Notes under the pieces: model-generated
Told to the model about the DNA's origin: nothing
Databases searched by the model: none
Seen by the model: only the letters and a program-made list of their open reading frames with translations
NCBI RefSeq assembly: GCF_021054785.1
Contig: NZ_CP088239.1
Coordinates: forward strand, 600,001 to 632,000
Origin: Tannockella kyphosi
Lineage (GTDB): Bacteria; Bacillota_I; Bacilli_A; Erysipelotrichales; Coprobacillaceae
Length of the DNA stretch: 32,000 nt
Direction of reading: 5' to 3'
Program-made: the position numbers and the translations under genes
Shown here: one piece after another, positions 25,743 to 32,000 of the stretch
How positions within the stretch are numbered: position 1 is the first letter of the stretch
Layout: every line of letters begins with the position of its first letter

Positions 25743-26342
25743 ATGCGAAAGAAAAGAATATACGCTAGTTTCATTTGTCTAATGATATTAGCAGGCACAA
25801 TCGGTTATCAAACAGTTGCATATTTTGTAAATGAAAGTACGACAACAAATGTTATAACCACTGGTAATGTACAAATGGAGTTATATGAAGAGATAAAAAC
25901 AGATGGGATAAATTGGACATTAGTTTCTACAGATGAAAGTATTTCAATATTACCAGGTGATACAGTAGAACAAATTGCTTATATCACTAATACAGGATCT
26001 GAGGATTTTTACACAAGAGTATCAATCAAATTTTATATTGAAGATGTAAATGGCGAGTCGTTAGATTCTAGTGTAGTTAGTTTGAATATCGATGATGAAA
26101 AATGGGTAGAAGATGAAGATGGTTGGTATCGATATGTAAATATTGTGAGATCTGGAGAAACAACAGAGGATCCAGTGTTCAGTGAAATCTCTTTCTCTTC
26201 AGAAATGGATAATGATTATATTGGATCTACTATTACTTTAGTAGTAGGATCTCAGTCAGTGCAATCTGAATATAATGAATTTGAATCAATATTAGAAGTG
26301 CAGGGATTCCCTGAAGTTACAGGAAATGAGGTGAAGAAATAA
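25743..26342 (+). CDS. TasA/camelysin-like exported protein with SipW-cognate signal peptide (paralog 2)
   Basis: The N-terminus is ...LMILAGTIGYQTVAYFVNESTTTNVITTGNVQMELYE, followed by ILPGDTVEQIAYITNTGSEDFYTRVSI. Size is 199 aa. Its stop overlaps the next ATG (TAATG). Confidence 0.75.
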   Translation: MRKKRIYASFICLMILAGTIGYQTVAYFVNESTTTNVITTGNVQMELYEEIKTDGINWTLVSTDESISILPGDTVEQIAYITNTGSEDFYTRVSIKFYIEDVNGESLDSSVVSLNIDDEKWVEDEDGWYRYVNIVRSGETTEDPVFSEISFSSEMDNDYIGSTITLVVGSQSVQSEYNEFESILEVQGFPEVTGNEVKK

Positions 26343-29300
26343 TGAAAAAGAAAATAGCATCAATAATATTATCTCTTATATTAGCAATAACAAGTATCTT
26401 TAGTGCACCAATGCTAATGAATGTTCTTGCAGATGATCAAACGACAGGAGGAGATGCAACAGAAAACAATGAAGGAATTTCTGTTAGTAAGACAGTTACT
26501 TTTTCTTATGATACTGATGATAATGGATTAGCAAGTGAAGATTCTTATGAATATACCTTGAATTTAGATGTTTTTACAACAGGAGAAGTATCAATAACGG
26601 AAGATGAGACAGCTCCAGTTGATATTATTCTAGTTCTAGATCAATCTACAAGTATGATGTGGCCTGCTGATCAAGCAGAAAACTTAACTTATGGTGATAT
26701 TAATATATCACAAGATAGTACTGAGAATCTAAAAAATAATGTAGGTATTATTGATGGAGAATACAAACTTATAACTGATGTTGGTTCAGGAGAGTCAAGT
26801 TATGAATGGGTTCAAGATACATCAATCACAGTTTCTCCTATTGAAGAATCAGCTAGTGTGACTTATGGAGATTGGGTTAGTGAAACAGATACTGTAACGA
26901 TTGAGTCATTATTAAATTCATCTAATAATGAATGGACTAGTTTTTATAAAGCAAACTATGGTTATCTTTATAGCGAAAGTCGTCAAAAAGACCTTGTTGA
27001 GGCTGTTTTGGATTTCATTTTATCATTAGAAACTGATGTTGAGCATCGTATCTCTATCGTGACATATCACAACGATGATACTACTGAATATAGTTTAAGT
27101 GGTTTAGTTGATACAGATGGGGATAATACGCTTGATGTAATAGAAGAGGTACTATCTTGGGTTACTGAGACAAATACATCTTCTGGAAACACATATGAAG
27201 GTGGAAATGCTGATGGTACGACTACCTTTAATTTACAACATAGTACATTAATTGCATTAGGTATAGAAACAGCAGAAGATATCTTATATGATGCTAAATA
27301 CGACGGAACAACAACAAACTTAGAAGAGCTTTATGAAGGTACTGGTAGAACACAACTTTCAGTAATCTTTACAGATGGGATACCAACTCAAATTAATTCC
27401 ACAGGTGATGGATCAGATGATTCATCCGCTAGTACATTAAACAATGTTAATCGTGCATTAGCAGCATCTGCTAGCATGAAACAAGATGGTGTTACTGTAT
27501 TTACCATTGGTATGCTAGATGGAGTATATAGTGATTATACGAATGATGCGAATACTAATAGTACTTCATCATACTACAATGATGGCTATACAACATCTAA
27601 TGGACGAACTACCTATTATATTAATGATGGAAATACGTTTATTAGTTCTTTCTTAGATTTATTATCTAGTAATTATGTAAATGCTAGTACTTATATTTCT
27701 AGTAGTTTCCCTAATTCGTCTGGTATTTATGATGTTGGAACTGCTACAAGTTACACTATTTCTACTACTTATGCTAAAGAAATAGCATCCTATAATGATG
27801 ATGGAACTGTAAAAAGTTATACAGAATATTACTATCCGATTGATACTAATAGTAATGACGTAATCGTATCAGATAGTTTGGCAAGTGTATTTACTAAAGT
27901 TGCTGGCTCATTAACAACATCTGCAACTTATGAACTAGATCAAACAACACAAGTTCGTGATGTTATGACTTCAGAATTTATAATACCAGAAAATTCAACT
28001 ATTAGCTTATATATAGCTTACTGTGAAGGGAAAAATAGTGAGGAGGATAAGGATTATAGCAGTAGTTTATTTGATAGTGGTTACTATACATGGAGTGAAC
28101 GTGTATTAATTTATGACCAAGATGGAAACACAAATGAAATCAATGAAAATCTATCAGTAACTACACAAACGGTGTATGTTAATGATCAAGATGATTCTAT
28201 TGTTTATTACGCTGATGAAGTTAGTACTGATAGCAATGGCACTTATATTATGATAGACGGATTAAGAGTAGACTTATATGAAACACAATTAGTAACAGTA
28301 CAAGGGTTTGACTTTAACAAATATTATGTAACTACTGTTGATAAAGATAATGATGAAGCAAATGGTGAAGATTTTGGTGCAAAACTAATTATTGAATTTG
28401 ATATTGATCCAGTTAGTTCTACTGTGGGTGATAATATTACTAGTGATGGTACATTGGGTGGTAATGCAATTGATACCAATACTTCTGCATCAGGAGTTTA
28501 TATTTATGATTCTTCACATGCAACTTCTGATAGTAGTGGGTATTATTCCTTAGAATCATTTCCTGTACCTAATGCAGATATTCCTATAGATGTAACTGTA
28601 GAAACTACAGATCAAACTATTTATTTAGGTAATGCAATTTCTATCGTAGATTTAGTAGAAATTGATGGAGAATCAATAGATGGAAATAGTAATAAATATG
28701 TTGATATTACTTATGTTTTATATCAAACACAAGAATCAAATAAAGATGAATATGACAAATATACTACGGGTGAAAGTAGCGTTTATGTAGCTTATGATGA
28801 AGAGAAAGATGAATATTACAAATACGCTTTAGATAGTGATAGCAATAGAATTGAACTTTATAGGGTATATATTCCAGCAGGTCAATCAGCAAGTTCAGCA
28901 GATGGTGATAGCTATAATGTAGATACATTAATAACTCCTAGTGATGATACTGATTATCTTGTAGAAATTACTATTTCTCCTCTAACAGAAGGTACAGTTG
29001 GGACAACAACAGTAGAATCTCAATTACTTCGTGTTTATGTATTACATCCTACAATTGAAGTAAATAACATTTGGGTAGATTATGCAACTCCTGTAGATTT
29101 AAGACAAGATAACATTCTATCAGTAGTAGATCCTGATGATATGTCGACGTATGATACATTAGTAACTGATAATATCGCATGGGAAACAACAAATAGTTAT
29201 TCATATGATATTCCTGAATCAACAATAGAAGCACCAACGGTAAACTTCGGTTATACGGCAAGGCGTGGTATCGAATATACAGCGGACGAATTCTTTGAAA

Positions 29301-30979
29301 TAGGAGTTCGTGAAGATAAAGAGTTCTATATTTCTTCGATGACTATTAAATCTTCCGACGGATATTCTAATACTACAAGGTATGAATATTCTCAAGAAGA
29401 AGTAACATCATTTGGAGTATATATTAATAAATATGATTTAGAAATTAGTAAAACAGTAAATGCAGATGATTATGATACATATTCTCAATCATTTATCTTT
29501 GATTTAAGTTATACAGATGCTGAATTTATAACATCTCAAAAATACTATCAAGATGATAATGGTTTAACAGTATTTGAAAGTTCAGACAATGACACAGTGG
29601 ATTTATACATCGATACTACTGGATACTATAGTGGGGAAACAGAATTTGCTATTTACACAAATATTAATCCTCAAGATGATAGTGTATTAGATTCAACATA
29701 CACGGAGTATTATAATATTACGCATCAATTCTTTAGTGAAACGGGTGTTCAAAATACATCAGGAAATTATATTAATGAATCAAATTTCACTATTTCTTAT
29801 AATGGGGCAACATATGAAGCTCGTGTTTTATGGGAAGATGAAGAAAACGAAATACCTTTATACGAAGCAACAGTAATAGATTATGAAAAAACATTAGAGG
29901 TAATTATAGATCCAGATATGTCTAATGTAGAAACCGTAGAATGGACTGATTCTACCGGAACACGTTATTATACTTTTAATGTATTAGTAACTGATTTATA
30001 TTGTGGTGTAGAGCTAGACATTGTTGAAGATACTAATTGGTCTTGGCGTTATGAACCAGGGTTTACAACAACTACTACAACTCAATACGCTGATTATGTA
30101 AGTGGTGATGAAGCAACAGACTTAGACTATGTTACACAAAACATTTATGAATTTGATATAACTGATGGAAAAGTAAGTATTAGTGTTTATACTACTGAAG
30201 TTGACGAAACGGAAGTGACTTATGTTATTGCAAATGTAATAACGGAAGTAGACAACAGTTATCAAGTTCGTACTGTAACTTATGGAAATGTTCAAGCAGA
30301 TATAAGTGATTATTTGGAGGGATTTAATGCTGGAAACTTTGTAAGTATTGATAATTTCATAACTGAAATGTCTGAACAAGGAGTTTATCCAGTGTTTGAT
30401 ACAACATCGGTTATGAGTGAAGATTCTAGTGGAAACATTACACAAACAACTACAACTGAAACATCTGCTTATAAAATTATTGATTATGATGAAGAAATAG
30501 TAGCAAGAATTGAAGGGGATAAAGTAGGAGATAATGATGGTATTCTTGAATTAGGAGAAGGATTATTGGGAACTTACCAAAATACTGATTTTGAAAAAGA
30601 TAATTATATAAATTATGAATATGCATATTACTTAACACAATATACATTTGATTCTATTGCAACAGTAACAACTGCTAAAGATGGATCATCAGCTATGATT
30701 TTAGTTACTAATAGTACTGATTATTTAGATAAAAACGAAAGTGATGATTATTCTGATTGGACAAGAATTGATACTGAGCAATATACATATGAAGATAACA
30801 ATGGAAACTTTGATTTAGATTCAAGTAATACAACAACTATGTATGCACCTGTATCAGCAGTATACTTTGACATTAATGAAGTAGATATTGATGTATATAA
30901 TACATTAATGAATGAATATTGGTTATCATATAGCGAATTAGCTCAAAACACATTTTATGAATTAAGTGATCCAAGATAA
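26342..30979 (+). CDS. Very large (1545 aa) secreted acidic protein with N-terminal von Willebrand factor A domain; adhesin-like
   Basis: Sec-type signal peptide (predicted cleavage after VLA, aa 30). MIDAS DxSxS is present as DIILVLDQSTSM (D100 = nt 26639), with later SVIFTDGIPT and VTVFTIGM vWA strands. The rest is D/T/Y/S/N-rich with only 2 Cys. There is no LPXTG and no C-terminal hydrophobic segment. Confidence 0.85.
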   Translation: MKKKIASIILSLILAITSIFSAPMLMNVLADDQTTGGDATENNEGISVSKTVTFSYDTDDNGLASEDSYEYTLNLDVFTTGEVSITEDETAPVDIILVLDQSTSMMWPADQAENLTYGDINISQDSTENLKNNVGIIDGEYKLITDVGSGESSYEWVQDTSITVSPIEESASVTYGDWVSETDTVTIESLLNSSNNEWTSFYKANYGYLYSESRQKDLVEAVLDFILSLETDVEHRISIVTYHNDDTTEYSLSGLVDTDGDNTLDVIEEVLSWVTETNTSSGNTYEGGNADGTTTFNLQHSTLIALGIETAEDILYDAKYDGTTTNLEELYEGTGRTQLSVIFTDGIPTQINSTGDGSDDSSASTLNNVNRALAASASMKQDGVTVFTIGMLDGVYSDYTNDANTNSTSSYYNDGYTTSNGRTTYYINDGNTFISSFLDLLSSNYVNASTYISSSFPNSSGIYDVGTATSYTISTTYAKEIASYNDDGTVKSYTEYYYPIDTNSNDVIVSDSLASVFTKVAGSLTTSATYELDQTTQVRDVMTSEFIIPENSTISLYIAYCEGKNSEEDKDYSSSLFDSGYYTWSERVLIYDQDGNTNEINENLSVTTQTVYVNDQDDSIVYYADEVSTDSNGTYIMIDGLRVDLYETQLVTVQGFDFNKYYVTTVDKDNDEANGEDFGAKLIIEFDIDPVSSTVGDNITSDGTLGGNAIDTNTSASGVYIYDSSHATSDSSGYYSLESFPVPNADIPIDVTVETTDQTIYLGNAISIVDLVEIDGESIDGNSNKYVDITYVLYQTQESNKDEYDKYTTGESSVYVAYDEEKDEYYKYALDSDSNRIELYRVYIPAGQSASSADGDSYNVDTLITPSDDTDYLVEITISPLTEGTVGTTTVESQLLRVYVLHPTIEVNNIWVDYATPVDLRQDNILSVVDPDDMSTYDTLVTDNIAWETTNSYSYDIPESTIEAPTVNFGYTARRGIEYTADEFFEIGVREDKEFYISSMTIKSSDGYSNTTRYEYSQEEVTSFGVYINKYDLEISKTVNADDYDTYSQSFIFDLSYTDAEFITSQKYYQDDNGLTVFESSDNDTVDLYIDTTGYYSGETEFAIYTNINPQDDSVLDSTYTEYYNITHQFFSETGVQNTSGNYINESNFTISYNGATYEARVLWEDEENEIPLYEATVIDYEKTLEVIIDPDMSNVETVEWTDSTGTRYYTFNVLVTDLYCGVELDIVEDTNWSWRYEPGFTTTTTTQYADYVSGDEATDLDYVTQNIYEFDITDGKVSISVYTTEVDETEVTYVIANVITEVDNSYQVRTVTYGNVQADISDYLEGFNAGNFVSIDNFITEMSEQGVYPVFDTTSVMSEDSSGNITQTTTTETSAYKIIDYDEEIVARIEGDKVGDNDGILELGEGLLGTYQNTDFEKDNYINYEYAYYLTQYTFDSIATVTTAKDGSSAMILVTNSTDYLDKNESDDYSDWTRIDTEQYTYEDNNGNFDLDSSNTTTMYAPVSAVYFDINEVDIDVYNTLMNEYWLSYSELAQNTFYELSDPR
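26615..27530 (+). other. vWA (MIDAS) domain region within the 1545-aa protein, apparently with a long insertion
   Basis: About 235 residues separate the DxSxS strand (26639-26653) from the TDG strand (~27370). That is longer than a minimal vWA fold and is reminiscent of arm insertions in Gram-positive pilus tip adhesins. Boundaries are approximate. Confidence 0.55.
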
Positions 30980-30993
30980 TAGGAGGGGATACA

Positions 30994-31779
30994 ATGAAAA
31001 CAACTAATAAAATAAGAATGAAAATAATAGAAAAATTCTTTCATAAAAACAAAAAAACAATGATGTCCCTTTGTTTAATAGTAATGTTCTTGGTGAGTGC
31101 TATTGGCCTAACTATTGCATATAAAATAGGAGTTAGTGATGAAATTGAAAACAACTTTGAAACACCAACAATTGTTACTCCTATTGAAGAAGAATTTGAT
31201 GGAGTTGTTAAAGAAAGTGTAACAGCAAGCAATTCATCAGATAGTGATGTGGATGTTTATGTAAGATTAAAATTTGTTGTAAATACAATGGAAGTTATCT
31301 ATGGAGATAATGGATATCCTATTCTAATAGATGAGCTAGGAAATGAATATAGTACGACTATAAATGAAGATGGGGAAGTTGTAGTATCTGATGAAAATTA
31401 TGACTCAACAACAGCGAGTACTTTGACTTATAAAACAGGTGCTCTTGTAGCAACTACTAGTTCATTTGATGAAAATGGTTATCTTGCTAATCATGCTACA
31501 ACTATTACAAATGTATTTGATGTAGAAGGCTTAAATGATACTGATTGGATTAGTGATGGAGATGGTGTATATTATTACAAATATTCTTTAGCTCCAGGAG
31601 AAACTGCGAATACATTAGTTGAAAAAATTTATCAAGAAGTATTTTATGATGGAGTAGTAGTAACTTTGACAATTATTGTGGATAGTGTTCAAGTAGATGG
31701 TTTAGAAGATTCATGGCAAGATGTAAGTTTGACGACTGATAGTGATGATAATCCAGTTGTTTATTTAGATAAAGAGTAG
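30994..31779 (+). CDS. TasA/camelysin-like exported protein with variant SipW-type signal peptide (paralog 3)
   Basis: A long basic n-region precedes the h-region SLCLIVMFLVSAIGLTIAYKIGVSDEIENNFETPTIVTPIEEEFDG and DVDVYVRLKF. A strong SD AGGAGGGG is present. Confidence 0.65.
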   Translation: MKTTNKIRMKIIEKFFHKNKKTMMSLCLIVMFLVSAIGLTIAYKIGVSDEIENNFETPTIVTPIEEEFDGVVKESVTASNSSDSDVDVYVRLKFVVNTMEVIYGDNGYPILIDELGNEYSTTINEDGEVVVSDENYDSTTASTLTYKTGALVATTSSFDENGYLANHATTITNVFDVEGLNDTDWISDGDGVYYYKYSLAPGETANTLVEKIYQEVFYDGVVVTLTIIVDSVQVDGLEDSWQDVSLTTDSDDNPVVYLDKE

Positions 31780-31790
31780 GAGGAAGAAAA

Positions 31791-32000
31791 ATGAAGCATA
31801 AAAAGGTTTGTTTAAGTGTTATAGTAACTATGATATTACTAGTTATTACTTCTACCTCTTCCTTTGGTTTAACTTCAACACCAGAAGTAATATTTGATAC
31901 TAGTAGTGGAATGTTTAGTTATAACAATGCAAAAGTAAGCAGTAGCACAGGATGTCCTGATTTATTTACTGATATAAAAGGGGTAATACCTGGAGACAGT
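31791..32000 (+). CDS. 5' part of a further exported protein of the cluster (truncated by the window edge)
   Basis: SD AGGAGGA is followed by ATG 31791. My translation is MKHKKVCLSVIVTMILLVITSTSSFGLTSTPEVIFDTSSGMFSYNNAKVSSSTGCPDLFTDIKGVIPGDS. It has a signal peptide and a DLF...K..IPGD block resembling the TasA NLKPGD strand. Confidence 0.6.
   Translation, partial: MKHKKVCLSVIVTMILLVITSTSSFGLTSTPEVIFDTSSGMFSYNNAKVSSSTGCPDLFTDIKGVIPGDS

Noticed and set aside
29980-30110. Possible thioester domain in the vWA protein (Cys in DLYCGVE and a T-Q-Y-A match to the TQXA motif)
   Set aside because: The Cys and Gln are only ~30 residues apart, versus roughly 150 in characterised thioester domains. The motif lacks the following hydrophobic-Trp context. 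It is probably a chance match.
29049-30445. Minus-strand ORFs 29049-29261 and 30122-30445 inside the vWA gene
   Set aside because: They are antisense frames of a 4.6-kb uninterrupted ORF, with no start signals.
31041-31232. 63-aa minus-strand ORF
   Set aside because: It is antisense to TasA-like paralog 3.

Overview
The window is an AT-rich, low-GC Bacillota-type chromosomal segment. Assigning it to an Erysipelotrichales- or Clostridia-like organism is inference only. It is densely coding, with about 27 real CDS. I found no rRNA, tRNA, CRISPR array, IS element or phage genes. All calls rest on motif recognition in the supplied translations and on reading the intergenic DNA; no searches were run.

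Gene order:
- 3' end of an unknown gene
- pyruvate kinase
- a fructose-family PTS operon (EIIA, EIIB, EIIC) followed by its own PRD-type regulator
- a ClC Cl-/H+ antiporter with a C-terminal RCK_C domain
- an apparent five-gene unit: LytTR response regulator, AgrC-like sensor with degenerate ATP-binding boxes, YbaK deacylase, GNAT acetyltransferase, membrane protein
- an OmpR/HK two-component system on the minus strand, divergent from a fused MacB-type ABC ATPase-permease with a very large acidic extracytoplasmic domain
- NADP-glutamate dehydrogenase (minus strand)
- a membrane protein with a degenerate GGDEF domain and an intact EAL domain
- deoC plus a class I mannose-6-P isomerase (minus strand)
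- a 7TM-receptor histidine kinase plus OmpR-type regulator
- from about 24.3 kb to the window edge, the most interesting locus

That locus is a SipW-type signal peptidase operon. It encodes three TasA/camelysin-like exported proteins with SipW-cognate N-termini. It also encodes a fourth, truncated exported protein and a 1545-aa acidic von Willebrand A (MIDAS) protein. The vWA protein has no LPXTG and no membrane anchor. I interpret the locus as a candidate sortase-independent, SipW-processed multi-subunit fibre or adhesin system. It is much expanded relative to Bacillus tapA-sipW-tasA, and the window cuts it at its 3' end.
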